Program-made: the position numbers and the translations under genes
Source: an uncultured Alphaproteobacteria bacterium
Lineage (GTDB): Bacteria; Pseudomonadota; Alphaproteobacteria; RF32; CAG-239
Direction: 5' to 3'
DNA: 35,112 nt
Assembly: GCA_900551585.1 (NCBI GenBank)
Contig: URWU01000002.1
Location: 1 to 35,112 of the forward strand
In this document: positions 15,349-25,393 of the stretch, in pieces
Position numbering within the stretch: position 1 is the first letter of the stretch
How the letters are laid out: each line of letters begins with the position of its first letter
Notes under the pieces: model-generated
Told to the model about the DNA's origin: nothing
Database searches by the model: none
Seen by the model: the letters and a program-made list of their open reading frames with translations, nothing else

Positions 15349-17430
15349 TTATCCGGCAATATAAGTTTTGACGGCATCATCACGCTCAAAGAGATAGAGC
15401 AGAATCCGCAGAGCTTTGCCGCGCGGGCTTGCCAAATCCGGGTCGGTCTCCATAACCAGCTGTGCATCGCGTGCCGCCGTCAGCAGCAGGTTTTTGTGGA
15501 CGCTGAGGTCTGCCAGTTTGAACTCGTTAAAACCGCTTTGGCGTGTGCCGAGAATTTCACCGCCGCCGCGCAAGTCCAAATCTTCTTCGGCAATACGAAA
15601 ACCGTCTTCCGTTTCTTTCATAATATTCAGCCGCGCCCGGGAGTTCTCGCTCAAGGGATAAGAATAAAGCAAAATGCAGGTTGAGGCCTGATAACCGCGC
15701 TTAATCCGCCCGCGCAGCTGGTGGAGTTGTGCCAGGCCGAAACGCTCGGCATGCTCAATAATCATCACGGTTGCTTCCGGCACATTGACGCCGACTTCAA
15801 TCACCGTTGTTGCCACCAGGAGAGAAATCTCGCCTTTTTTAAAGCGTTCCATGACCAAATCTTTTTCAGATTCTTTCATCTTGCCATGGACAAGGCCGAC
15901 CTTGCCGCCAAAATATTTGCGTAAGGATTCATAACGTTCTTCGGCAGCTGCCAAATCAAGCTTTTCTGATTCCTCTACCAGCGGGCAGACCCAATAAGCG
16001 CGGGCACCTTCTTCAAGTTTGCGTTTGAGCGCGCCGACAATTTCCGGCAGCTTGTCAACCGGCATCACTCTGGTATCAACCGGTTTGCGCCCCTCTGGAA
16101 CCTGATCGATTTTAGAATATTCCATGTCGCCGTATGCAGTCAGCAGCAGAGTCCTCGGGATTGGGGTTGCCGTCATCACCAGAATATCGGCCTTATTGCC
16201 TTTGTTTGACAGGTTAAGGCGCTGATGAACGCCGAAACGGTGCTGTTCGTCAATCACGGCATAAGCCAAATCTTTGAAGGCAACATTCTCCTGAAACAGC
16301 GCATGCGTGCCGATTAAAATATCAATTTTGCCCTCGGCAAGGTCTTCGAGAATTTGTGTCCGCTTTTTGCCTTTGGTACGTCCGGTTAAAAGTTCGCAGC
16401 GGATTCCCAAATCGTCACATAGGGCACCGATTGTTTCCAAATGCTGTTTGGCCAGAATTTCTGTCGGCGCCATAATTGCGGCTTGTGCACCGCATTCAAC
16501 CGCATTGAGCATGGAAATAAACGCGACAATTGTTTTGCCGCAGCCGACATCGCCCTGTAAAAGCCGCAGCATGCGGAAAGGAGAAGATTGGTCGGCAGCA
16601 ATTTCTTTCAAAACTTTTTCTTGGGCATCGGTCAATTTGAAAGGCAGATTATCCAGCAGTTTCTTGCGCAGCAGGCCGTTGCCTTTGAGTTCGCGTCCCT
16701 GCTGTTTTTTGACCTTTTGGCGCACAATGGCCAGAGCCAGCTGGTTGGATAAGAGTTCGTCATAAGCAAGCCGCCGCCGCTCGGGGCTGTTAATGTCTAA
16801 ATCGCTGCTGAACTTTGGGTTATGTATTTGCTGCAACGCGGCATTGAAAGACGGAAAATTCTGAGCCTTGAGATAATTCTCGTCAAGCCATTCCGGAAAC
16901 TGCGGCACGCGCAACAGAGCCTGCTTAACCCACTTATTAAGCATTTTATTAGTCACGCCGGCAGTTAAAGGATAAACGGCTTCAATTCCCTGAATAGAGG
17001 CGGCTTCCTGCGGCCGGACGATATAATCGGGGTGGCTCATTTGCAGCTGGTTGTTAAACTTTTCGATTTTGCCACTGATAACCCGAGTTTCGCCGATTGG
17101 CAGATTTTTTTGAATCGATGAGGGATAGGCTTTGAAAAAGCTGACGATCATCTGCTCTGTGTCATCTTCAACCACAACCTTGTAAGGCTGGGATTTTCGT
17201 GCCGGTGCAATATGCTCGACCACCTTGACTGTGACTGTACAGATAACGCCGAGCCGAGCCTCTCCGAGCTTGGGAGAATAGCGGCGGTCAATCATTGAAG
17301 ACGGCAGATGAAAAATGAGGTCGGCAATTTTTTCGCAGCCGAGATTATGCAGCAATTGGGCGCTTTTCTCGCCCAGACCGCCGATTGTCGTCAGATTGGT
17401 AAATAACGGATATAGAATCTCTGGCCGCAT
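15349..17430 (-). CDS. recG: ATP-dependent DNA helicase RecG
   Basis: 693 aa. Wedge/OB N-terminus, helicase motifs LQGDVGCGKT, DEQHRFG, TATPIPRT, and LHQLRGRIKRG with the TRG motif. Confidence 0.97.
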   Translation of the reverse strand: MRPEILYPLFTNLTTIGGLGEKSAQLLHNLGCEKIADLIFHLPSSMIDRRYSPKLGEARLGVICTVTVKVVEHIAPARKSQPYKVVVEDDTEQMIVSFFKAYPSSIQKNLPIGETRVISGKIEKFNNQLQMSHPDYIVRPQEAASIQGIEAVYPLTAGVTNKMLNKWVKQALLRVPQFPEWLDENYLKAQNFPSFNAALQQIHNPKFSSDLDINSPERRRLAYDELLSNQLALAIVRQKVKKQQGRELKGNGLLRKKLLDNLPFKLTDAQEKVLKEIAADQSSPFRMLRLLQGDVGCGKTIVAFISMLNAVECGAQAAIMAPTEILAKQHLETIGALCDDLGIRCELLTGRTKGKKRTQILEDLAEGKIDILIGTHALFQENVAFKDLAYAVIDEQHRFGVHQRLNLSNKGNKADILVMTATPIPRTLLLTAYGDMEYSKIDQVPEGRKPVDTRVMPVDKLPEIVGALKRKLEEGARAYWVCPLVEESEKLDLAAAEERYESLRKYFGGKVGLVHGKMKESEKDLVMERFKKGEISLLVATTVIEVGVNVPEATVMIIEHAERFGLAQLHQLRGRIKRGYQASTCILLYSYPLSENSRARLNIMKETEDGFRIAEEDLDLRGGGEILGTRQSGFNEFKLADLSVHKNLLLTAARDAQLVMETDPDLASPRGKALRILLYLFERDDAVKTYIAG

Positions 17431-17516
17431 TTGTCTGCTTTAATCAAAAAAATGGTTGTACTTCTTGCCGTATTGTATATATTTTATTCGGTTAAGTAAA
17501 TGACTGATTCAAAATA

Positions 17517-20500
17517 ATGCTATATGATTTAAGCAAATTAAAAGGCAAAACCGTTTCTTCGGTGCCTGACGGCTTTGATGCCGTGCTGCTGGATAAGTTC
17601 AGCGCCAAAAAAACTCAGGATATCCTCTACATTCTGAGCGATGGCGTCGCATTGGAAAAAACAGCCCAGATTTTGCAGTATCTGAATCCCAAATTAGAAG
17701 TTTTGAAGTTTCCTGCCTGGGATACGGTGCCTTATGACCGCGTATCGCCGAATGTTAATATTGTGGCGCAGAGAGTTGAAACCTTAACCGCAATTGTCGC
17801 CAATCCCACCCCGAAAAAATCGCGGGTGCTTCTGGCCAGCGTCGGCTCGGTTTTGCAAAAACTGCCGCCTCAGAAAGTTTTCTTAAATTCGGTCAGGCTG
17901 ATAAAAGTCGGTAACAAGCTGAGCTTTAACGACTTTATCCACTATGCCGCCATCAATGGCTATAATCGCGTTGAGCAGGTGATTGAACCCGGCGAATATG
18001 CCGTCCGCGGCGATATTATCGATATTTTTCCGGTCGGAACAGAAGAACCGCTGCGTATTGATTTGTTTGATGACGAAGTTGAGCGTATTCGCACTTTTGA
18101 TGCAATGACCCAGCGCACGACCGGCGAACTCAACCATTATACGTTTCAGGTCATGGGCGAAGTAGCTTTGGACGAGAACACCATAAAGTCTTTCCGCGCC
18201 AAATACCGCGAGGCTTTCGGTGCAGCTTTCAAAGATGATGAAATTTATGCAGATATCACCAACGGTGTCAAACACCTTGGTATGGAAAACTGGCTGCCGT
18301 TCTTCTATGAAGATGCTTTGCCGACTTTGTTTGATTATCTGCCGCAGGCCGATATTATCCTTGGCCGTAATGTAGATGAGGCTGTCAAAGCCAAATGCGA
18401 CAGCATCGCTGATTATTATCAGGCGCGTTTGGAGGCTTTGAGTATCAAATCTAATAATGAGATGGATATCTATCGGCCGATAAAACCGGAACTGCTCTAT
18501 CTCAATGAAAAAGAACTGGGTCAGATTTTTACAAAAAAAGAAGCTGTGCGTTTCACTTCTCTAACGATAGAAAGTACCAATGAAATCATAGACGCCGGCG
18601 TTTTGCCGGGGCGCAGTTTTGCCCATGCCAAAAATATCAACCTTGGTCAAGTTTATTCGGATCTTGGTGAATATCTTAAAGAAAATTCTAAACTTCGTCG
18701 GGTAGTGTGTTGTTATTCCGAGGGTTCTCGCGACCGTGTCTTCTCACTGATGAGTGAGCATGAGATAAAAGATTTAACTTTTGCCGATAGTTGGGAAGAT
18801 GTTTTGTCGCGGGATATTTCCAAAACCGCCATGGTCGTTTTAAATCTGTCGCATGGTTTCAGGGGAGACGGCTTATGCTTTATCTCCGAGCAGGATATCC
18901 TCGGTGAACGTCAAAACCGCCGTCCGACTAAAAAAGTCACTTCCAAAGATTTTATCGCCGATGTCGCTTCCTTGAATATCGGCGAGCTGGTCGTGCATAT
19001 CGAACACGGTATCGGTAAGTTTTTGGGCTTGGAGAATATCACCGCCGGCGGTGCGCCGCATGACTGCCTGAAAATTCTCTATGCCAATGACGCCAAATTA
19101 TTTGTGCCGGTAGAAAATATTGATGTTCTGTCGCGCTATGGCATAGAAGACGATAATATCCAGCTTGATACGATTGGCGGCATGGCTTGGCAGGCTAAAA
19201 AGGCTAAAGTCAAACAGCGCATTCACGACATTGCCGAAAAACTGATTAAGATTGCTGCCGAGCGCCATTTGAAAAAAGCCGATACCTTTATTCCGCCGCA
19301 AGGACTTTACGATGAATTCAGCTCGCGCTTTCCGTATAATGAAACTGACGACCAGCTGAATGCCATCTCCGACGTTCTGCAGGACTTGGGCACGTCAATC
19401 CCGATGGACAGATTGGTTTGCGGCGATGTCGGCTTCGGCAAAACGGAAGTGGCATTGCGTGCGGCTTTTGCCGTGGCTGCCAGCGGCGCTCAGGTTGCGT
19501 TGATTGTACCGACGACCTTGCTTGCCCGTCAGCATTATATGAACTTTCTGGAGCGGATGAAAGGTTTTCCCGTCCGTGTTAAAATGCTCTCAAGACTGGT
19601 AACGCCGAAAGAGATGGAAGAAACCAAGCGCGGTCTGGCCGACGGATCGGTCGAGATTGTCATCGGCACCCATGCGCTGCTGTCTAAAGATATCAAGTTT
19701 TGCAATCTGGGGCTGCTGATTATTGATGAAGAACAGCATTTTGGCGTTGCCCATAAGGAAAAGCTCAAAGCCATCAAGTCAGATGTCCATGTCCTGACCT
19801 TAACCGCGACCCCGATACCGAGAACCCTGCAACTGTCCTTAACCGGTGTAAAACAGCTCAGTATTATCGCCACGCCGCCGGTTGACCGGCTGGCCGCCAG
19901 AACCTTTGTCATGCCCTTTGATAAAGTGATGATAAAGGAAGCCATTTACCGAGAGAAGTTCCGCCATGGCCAAACGTTCTTTGTTTGTCCGAGGGTTTCG
20001 GACATCTTCGGTGTCGAGAAAGAGCTCAGGGAACTGGTACATGATATCAAGATTTTGGTCGCACACGGGCAAATGCCGGTCAAGCAGTTGGAAAACGTCA
20101 TGAATGACTTTGCCGACGGTAAGGCTGATTTGCTGCTGTCGACAACGATTATTGAATCCGGTATTGATATGCCGAGTGTTAATACCATGATTGTCCACCG
20201 TGCCGATATGTTCGGCTTGGCACAACTCTATCAGCTCAAAGGGCGGGTAGGGCGCGGCAAACTGCGCGGCTATTGCTATTTTACCGTTCCCAAACAAAAA
20301 GCCTTGAAGCCGATTGCCGAACGCCGCCTCAACATTCTGCAGGCTCTCGATACCTTGGGTGCCGGTTTCTCACTGGCCAGCCATGACATGGATATCAGAG
20401 GTTCGGGCAATATCTTGGGCGAGGAGCAGTCGGGACATATCAAAGAAGTCGGTATTGCTTTGTATCAGCATATGCTTGAAGAAGAGATTATGCGTATTAA

Positions 20501-20993
20501 GGCCGGAGAGTATCAGGACGATAAGACGCCGCAGCTTAATGACTGGGCGCCGCAGATTACGACCGGTATTCCGATTATGATTCCCGATACTTATGTTCGC
20601 GATTTGGGTGTCCGCTTAGGTTTGTATAAGAGAATAGGTGACTTGCAGGATAAAGAGGGATTAGATGACATTAGAGAAGAGCTGATAGACCGTTTTGGCA
20701 AACTGCCGACCGAAGTCGACAATCTCTTAAAAACGGTCGAAATCAAACAGCTTTGCCGTAAAGCCAATATCGAAAAAATTGATGCCGGTGCTAAGGGTAT
20801 CTTAATATCTTTGCGTAATAATACCTTTGCCAAGCCGGAAAAGCTGATAGATTTTATCAATCGCCAGTTTGGTGCGGTTAAGATACGCCCCGATCAAAAA
20901 CTCTTTATTGAGAAAAATCTCGAAAGCTATGCTCTGCGTGTTGAAACCATCAAAAATTATGTAAATAAGCTCAATCAACTGCTTGAGGACTAA
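17517..20993 (+). CDS. mfd: transcription-repair coupling factor Mfd
   Basis: 1158 aa. UvrB-homology N-terminus, RNAP-interacting region (VVHIEHGIGKF), helicase motifs GDVGFGKTEVA, DEEQHFG, TATPIPRT, and LYQLKGRVGRG. Divergent from recG. Confidence 0.97.
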   Translation: MLYDLSKLKGKTVSSVPDGFDAVLLDKFSAKKTQDILYILSDGVALEKTAQILQYLNPKLEVLKFPAWDTVPYDRVSPNVNIVAQRVETLTAIVANPTPKKSRVLLASVGSVLQKLPPQKVFLNSVRLIKVGNKLSFNDFIHYAAINGYNRVEQVIEPGEYAVRGDIIDIFPVGTEEPLRIDLFDDEVERIRTFDAMTQRTTGELNHYTFQVMGEVALDENTIKSFRAKYREAFGAAFKDDEIYADITNGVKHLGMENWLPFFYEDALPTLFDYLPQADIILGRNVDEAVKAKCDSIADYYQARLEALSIKSNNEMDIYRPIKPELLYLNEKELGQIFTKKEAVRFTSLTIESTNEIIDAGVLPGRSFAHAKNINLGQVYSDLGEYLKENSKLRRVVCCYSEGSRDRVFSLMSEHEIKDLTFADSWEDVLSRDISKTAMVVLNLSHGFRGDGLCFISEQDILGERQNRRPTKKVTSKDFIADVASLNIGELVVHIEHGIGKFLGLENITAGGAPHDCLKILYANDAKLFVPVENIDVLSRYGIEDDNIQLDTIGGMAWQAKKAKVKQRIHDIAEKLIKIAAERHLKKADTFIPPQGLYDEFSSRFPYNETDDQLNAISDVLQDLGTSIPMDRLVCGDVGFGKTEVALRAAFAVAASGAQVALIVPTTLLARQHYMNFLERMKGFPVRVKMLSRLVTPKEMEETKRGLADGSVEIVIGTHALLSKDIKFCNLGLLIIDEEQHFGVAHKEKLKAIKSDVHVLTLTATPIPRTLQLSLTGVKQLSIIATPPVDRLAARTFVMPFDKVMIKEAIYREKFRHGQTFFVCPRVSDIFGVEKELRELVHDIKILVAHGQMPVKQLENVMNDFADGKADLLLSTTIIESGIDMPSVNTMIVHRADMFGLAQLYQLKGRVGRGKLRGYCYFTVPKQKALKPIAERRLNILQALDTLGAGFSLASHDMDIRGSGNILGEEQSGHIKEVGIALYQHMLEEEIMRIKAGEYQDDKTPQLNDWAPQITTGIPIMIPDTYVRDLGVRLGLYKRIGDLQDKEGLDDIREELIDRFGKLPTEVDNLLKTVEIKQLCRKANIEKIDAGAKGILISLRNNTFAKPEKLIDFINRQFGAVKIRPDQKLFIEKNLESYALRVETIKNYVNKLNQLLED

Positions 20994-21662
20994 ATGGGCG
21001 AAAACGTTTCGTTTTATAATTTGCTGGTGCATATTGTTGTCGGCGACAAGCTTGTCGAAGAAAATGCCGCTTTGAAAAATATCTGGGGCAGCGACGGCAA
21101 TATCATGCTCAATTTATATTTCTACCGCACCAAAACCTCTCAGGTGATTGATGCCGCCTATGTGCATGATGCTTTGGATTTAACCACCGAAAAATATTAT
21201 ACCCGCTGCCGGGACTTGCTTGATGATTATCTGGCCCAGCAGCGCCATGCTGATTCCAAAGAGCCTGAAACAGCGGATTCCGTGGCTGAATTCAAACATC
21301 TGGAAAGCCTGAAAGATGATTTGATTATTCTTATTTTTATCTCGCGCTGTATTGATTATTACTCGGAGATAAAAAAGAAAACCATTCATCAATATATCAA
21401 AACCCACCACCCGCAGCCGCAGAACCTCAGCGCGCAGTATATTGAAACTTATCTTAACGGCGTCAAGCCGACCCTGAATGATTTTTATCAGGCGCTGGAT
21501 AATCTGAAATATAAAACTCCGGAAGAAGCCGAAGATTTGGCTCAGGAAGTGGTCAAAATTTGTATCAGCGACGGCACCATGGCTTATAATGAAAAAGTTT
21601 ACATTGCCGAAATTTTACAAACCCTCAGAGAACATGGAGTTGAGCCAGATGTCGGACTATAA
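20994..21662 (+). CDS. hypothetical protein (222 aa), possibly TerB-fold-like
   Basis: The ATG abuts the mfd stop (TAAATG). The weak pattern ..ICISDGTMAYNEKVYIAEIL.. recalls TerB/DjlA-N-type helices. The domain assignment is low confidence. Confidence 0.45.
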   Translation: MGENVSFYNLLVHIVVGDKLVEENAALKNIWGSDGNIMLNLYFYRTKTSQVIDAAYVHDALDLTTEKYYTRCRDLLDDYLAQQRHADSKEPETADSVAEFKHLESLKDDLIILIFISRCIDYYSEIKKKTIHQYIKTHHPQPQNLSAQYIETYLNGVKPTLNDFYQALDNLKYKTPEEAEDLAQEVVKICISDGTMAYNEKVYIAEILQTLREHGVEPDVGL

Positions 21663-22818
21663 GCCCAGCAATCCCGTCCCAACAAATTTTAAGTTATCCG
21701 CTTTTTTATCATCTGTCATTGCAACGCCGCTTGTAGCCACGGCAATCCCGGCCTTATTCTTTTCTTCCGTTGCACTGGCAAAAGATGTTGATACAGCTTA
21801 TTATACTTTTGGGCAATACCGCTATTTCGGCCCCAAATTGGATGTTGATCATGTGCCGGACGGCATTGAAAACAACCAAACCTCAGGCAAACGTTTTTAC
21901 AGCAGTCTGACCAAACACCAGTATAATTTTTTCAAAAATGCCGGACGCACTTATAAAGAAGCGCTGGGGTTCGGCGGTTGGGATAAGCCTTATCGCGTCA
22001 TGGGCGGTTTCGAATATGATTTTCGCCAAAGCAAAACATCGGGCAGTTCTTACGGTTATAATGACAAATCCGGCACTTTTTTCTTGCTCGGCGACAAAGC
22101 TTTAAGCGGCAAACATTGGCGTCTGGGCGGCGGTGTCGTTTTCAATCGCTATCACACCGGTTTTGATAATGCCCAAAAGGTCAAGCAAGAAAATTATATG
22201 GGTATTTTGCACGCTGTTTATAATAATCCGGACAAGGAAATCCGCCTGCGCTCACGTTTGATGTTTGGTTACGGAACGGCTGATATTGACCGTTTGGCTG
22301 ACATTTCCGATACTGCGGAATTATTCACGGCCGATTATCATTCTTGGTATTACGGCATTGAAAACACTCTGGCGCAGACTTTCAGCTTTGGCAGCTTTTA
22401 TCTGCAGCCTTGTCTGGAATTTAATGCCCGCGGTATTGATAGGGATGAAATCAGCGAGGCGGGAAAAGCCCCGAACCGATTATCCACAAAATCGCGCAGC
22501 AGCTTTCTGGCTGACGGTTTGGTCGGATTATATGCCGGATATAAAGGCGAAGATTGGTTCGGAAACAAGTATAATATCAAGGCCGGTCCTGATTTTACTT
22601 ATATTTTTTCTGATCCGAACGATGCTTTTTACCTTCAGGAAGAAAGCGGCAGCGATATTTATATGAAAAAACGCTTCGATCACCGTGATTATGTAACCTG
22701 GAAAGCCTATCTCAATTACTATTTTGATAACGGCTTGGGCATTTACAGCGACTTCCGATATTATAAAAAAGACAAAGATTCAATAGCTTTCGCCCTCGGT
22801 CTCAATTATCGATTTTAA
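21649..22818 (+). CDS. outer-membrane beta-barrel protein
   Basis: Signal-like segment FKLSAFLSSVIATPLVATAIPALFFSSVALA/KD, alternating aromatic-rich beta-strand pattern, C-terminal ...LGLNYRF (terminal Phe). The start is uncertain (21634 or 21649); 21649 has GGAG 9 nt upstream. The ORF-track start at 21589 overlaps the upstream gene. Confidence 0.75.
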   Translation: MSDYKPSNPVPTNFKLSAFLSSVIATPLVATAIPALFFSSVALAKDVDTAYYTFGQYRYFGPKLDVDHVPDGIENNQTSGKRFYSSLTKHQYNFFKNAGRTYKEALGFGGWDKPYRVMGGFEYDFRQSKTSGSSYGYNDKSGTFFLLGDKALSGKHWRLGGGVVFNRYHTGFDNAQKVKQENYMGILHAVYNNPDKEIRLRSRLMFGYGTADIDRLADISDTAELFTADYHSWYYGIENTLAQTFSFGSFYLQPCLEFNARGIDRDEISEAGKAPNRLSTKSRSSFLADGLVGLYAGYKGEDWFGNKYNIKAGPDFTYIFSDPNDAFYLQEESGSDIYMKKRFDHRDYVTWKAYLNYYFDNGLGIYSDFRYYKKDKDSIAFALGLNYRF

Positions 22819-22822
22819 AATA

Positions 22823-22851
22823 AAAACGCTCCGGTGAGGGAGCGTTTTTTT
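22823..22851. terminator. bidirectional terminator between the OMP gene and bamE
   Basis: CGCTCC-GGTGAG-GGAGCG hairpin with A5 upstream and T7 downstream. Confidence 0.75.
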
Positions 22852-22868
22852 GTAAGAATTTATCTGAA

Positions 22869-23327
22869 TTACATATCAGACTTTACGCCGGGGAAGGGTG
22901 AATAATTGCCGATACCGCCGAAGAATTTTTCAAAAAAGCCGGGCTGATGGCCGAGCGTTTCGGTTTTGTCATCGCTGACGGCTACTTCAATACCGTTCTT
23001 TTTACTCAGGCGTTTGATTTTTTCAACTTTGCCGCCATTGTCAAATTCAATGGTCAAAACATCGCGGCTGACTTCTTCCGGCGCCATGAAGGCCACTCTT
23101 TTAATATCCGCGGACATATAAATCCAGGTATCCTGGTCTAATGAAACAACCGAAGAGGGAGCGCCGAGGTTGTTAATCACCTCGTTTTTGCTGTTGCCGA
23201 CTTTAACTTTGGCAATTCTTTCGTTGGAAGGCATGTTGCCGTTGTGGGTTAAAAACAAATCATTGGAGCAGGCCGAGAGCAAAATCACGGTTATCAGGCT
23301 CAAAAAACGCATTTTGTTTATTGACAT
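22869..23327 (-). CDS. bamE: outer membrane protein assembly factor BamE (SmpA/OmlA lipoprotein)
   Basis: Lipobox LLSAC. KVGNSKNEVINNLGAPS...DTWIY is typical of the SmpA_OmlA domain. Confidence 0.85.
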   Translation of the reverse strand: MSINKMRFLSLITVILLSACSNDLFLTHNGNMPSNERIAKVKVGNSKNEVINNLGAPSSVVSLDQDTWIYMSADIKRVAFMAPEEVSRDVLTIEFDNGGKVEKIKRLSKKNGIEVAVSDDKTETLGHQPGFFEKFFGGIGNYSPFPGVKSDM

Positions 23328-23389
23328 ATCTAAGTCCTTGCAGTTATATCATTAAAGTTTTGTAAATTTATATCATAGGGAAAAAATTA

Positions 23390-23908
23390 ATGCAAAATCT
23401 TTTTTCTTATCCCATCGTTGTTGATGAATTGACTGCCTCTGAAAAGAAATATCATCTGGAAGCAAATAATCAAGACCTGGACTACTTAAAAGAGGTTCTT
23501 AAAGTAGAGAATGTTAAATCATTTTCTGCTGATATGCGGCTGAAATATAACAAGAAAGAGCATCGTCTTAATGTTTGGGGCAGCGTCAACGCCGAACTCG
23601 AGCTGCAAAGCGTTATCAGCCTTGAAAATTTTTACAAAACTTATAATCCGGAATTTGCTGTTGTTTATGATACCAAAGCTACGTTGAAAGACATTAAAGA
23701 GCTGGAAATCGCTTTTGATGAAGATGAGCCCGATATCATTCCGGACGGCAAGCTGGACTTGGGACAGGTGGCAATCGAACAGGTTGCGCTCGTGATGGAA
23801 GACAATCCGCGCAAAGAAGGCGAAGTTTTTCGCTTTGAATGTGAGTTTGATGAAGCGGACACAGAAGCGCTTAACCCTTTCAATGTGCTTAAAAAACTCA
23901 AGAAATAA
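23390..23908 (+). CDS. yceD: YceD/DUF177 family large-subunit ribosome maturation protein
   Basis: 172-aa acidic protein (..GKLDLGQVAIEQVALVMEDNPRKEG..) in the conserved position upstream of rpmF. Confidence 0.85.
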   Translation: MQNLFSYPIVVDELTASEKKYHLEANNQDLDYLKEVLKVENVKSFSADMRLKYNKKEHRLNVWGSVNAELELQSVISLENFYKTYNPEFAVVYDTKATLKDIKELEIAFDEDEPDIIPDGKLDLGQVAIEQVALVMEDNPRKEGEVFRFECEFDEADTEALNPFNVLKKLKK

Positions 23909-23957
23909 GTCTGATGTCCGCTAATTACGCCTAAAAGCGCAAATTATCACAAAAAAG

Positions 23958-23986
23958 ACTTGCCAAAAGCAAAAATTTTATATAAA
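23958..23986 (+). promoter_or_regulatory. candidate rpmF-plsX-fabH promoter
   Basis: AAAGACTTGCCA followed 15 nt later by TATAAA. The same 12-mer and the same spacing occur upstream of ihfA. Confidence 0.4.
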
Positions 23987-24090
23987 ACGTCATTCAGTTC
24001 ATAAACCTGTTTTTATTTAGTTGATTTAAAAAACTAATTGGTTTATTAATGGCTGTGAAAAAAGTGTAATAATATAAAGAGTATAAGAAA

Positions 24091-24282
24091 ATGGCTACAC
24101 CAAAACATAAAACATCAAAATCTCGCCGCAACATGCGTCGTTCTCATGATGCCTTAGAAGCAAATTCTTATCATGAGTGCCCCAACTGTGGCGAATTGAA
24201 AAGACCTCATAACGTTTGCCCTTCTTGCGGACAGTATGACAGTCGTGAAGTTGTTGCTAAGAAAGCAGCTACTCAAGAATAA
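24091..24282 (+). CDS. rpmF: 50S ribosomal protein L32
   Basis: [23 protein letters not shown]-terminus and a CxxC...CxxC zinc ribbon. Confidence 0.97.
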   Translation: MATPKHKTSKSRRNMRRSHDALEANSYHECPNCGELKRPHNVCPSCGQYDSREVVAKKAATQE

Positions 24283-24331
24283 TTTTGATATAATATAAAC
24301 ACATATTGATTTATGTGTGTTTAATTTCTAT

Positions 24332-25393
24332 ATGGAGCAGGTTTTGTCTAGTAATCTGGTCATATCAATAGACGCTATGGGGGGAGATAATTCCCCCAGA
24401 GTCGTGATTGAGGGGCTTGCTATCGCCGCAAAGAAGAATCCTGATATCAGATTCTTGGTATTTGGCGATGAAAGCAAAGTCACCCCTATCTTAAATCAAT
24501 TCCCTTCATTAAAAAAAGTCTGCGAGCTTCGCCATTCAACAGAAATGGTTCATAATGAAGACAAGCCCTCACAGGTTATCCGCAACAAAAATACCAGTAT
24601 GTACATGGCCATTGACGCCGTCCGCAAGGGCGAAGCCAAAGCTGTTGTTTCTGCCGGCAACACAGGTGCCCTGATGGCTATTTCCAAAATTGTTTTGAGA
24701 ACAATCACCAAAATCCACCGCCCGGCAATCGTCAGTATCATGCCCCACCGCCATGGCAAATATGTCATGCTTGATTTGGGTGCCAATACCGAATGCGACG
24801 CCATCAATCTGGCTGAGTTCGCGCTGATGGGCGATATTCTGGCCCGCCATGCTTTAGGTATTGAAAAACCCAAAGTTGCACTGCTGAATATCGGTGCCGA
24901 AGAAATGAAGGGCAAAGAAGAAATCCGTCAGGCTGCCAAAATCATCAAGCATTCGCACATGGATATTGACTTCATCGGCTATATCGAGCCGCATGAGATT
25001 CCCAACGGCGTGGCCGATGTTATCGTTGCCGATGGTTTTACCGGCAACATTGCCCTGAAGTCTATTGAGGGAACCGCCCGTTTGGTGGTCAGATTATTAA
25101 AAGACGCTATCAAACATTCTTTCATTGCCAAATTCGGCTTGCCTTTCATGTTTGGCGTTATGCTCAAAGTTAAAAAAACAATGGATCCGCGCTTGTACAA
25201 CGGTGCAATGCTGGTCGGTTTAAACGGTTTATCCGTCAAAAGCCACGGCGGAACCGACGCGCTCGGTTTTTCGGTTGCCGTCGGCAATGCTGCCAGTCTG
25301 GTTCGCAAAGATTTTGTCGCAACGATCCGCTCAGAAGTTGAAAACGTAGATTTAGACGAATTATCACAGGAAGTATTTTATGAAGTGTATTAG
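24332..25393 (+). CDS. plsX: phosphate acyltransferase PlsX
   Basis: ISIDAMGGDNSP, SAGNTGALMA, and GFTGNIALKSIEG motifs. The ATG at 24332 is preferred over the ORF-track GTG at 24317. Confidence 0.95.
   Translation: MEQVLSSNLVISIDAMGGDNSPRVVIEGLAIAAKKNPDIRFLVFGDESKVTPILNQFPSLKKVCELRHSTEMVHNEDKPSQVIRNKNTSMYMAIDAVRKGEAKAVVSAGNTGALMAISKIVLRTITKIHRPAIVSIMPHRHGKYVMLDLGANTECDAINLAEFALMGDILARHALGIEKPKVALLNIGAEEMKGKEEIRQAAKIIKHSHMDIDFIGYIEPHEIPNGVADVIVADGFTGNIALKSIEGTARLVVRLLKDAIKHSFIAKFGLPFMFGVMLKVKKTMDPRLYNGAMLVGLNGLSVKSHGGTDALGFSVAVGNAASLVRKDFVATIRSEVENVDLDELSQEVFYEVY

Noticed and set aside
15416-20860. Numerous 60-150-aa ORFs antisense to or out of frame with recG and mfd (for example 16307..16765, 17883..18275, 19535..19945, 19839..20297, 20591..20860).
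   Set aside because: They lie entirely inside two long genes with unambiguous helicase motifs. They have no RBS and give low-complexity translations. They are shadow ORFs.
24297-24327. Hairpin AAACACATA...TATGTGTGTTT between rpmF and plsX as a full terminator.
   Set aside because: The stem is AT-rich and bulged, with only a weak T-tail. rpmF-plsX-fabH are normally co-transcribed. At most it is an attenuating or processing structure, so it is not listed as a feature.
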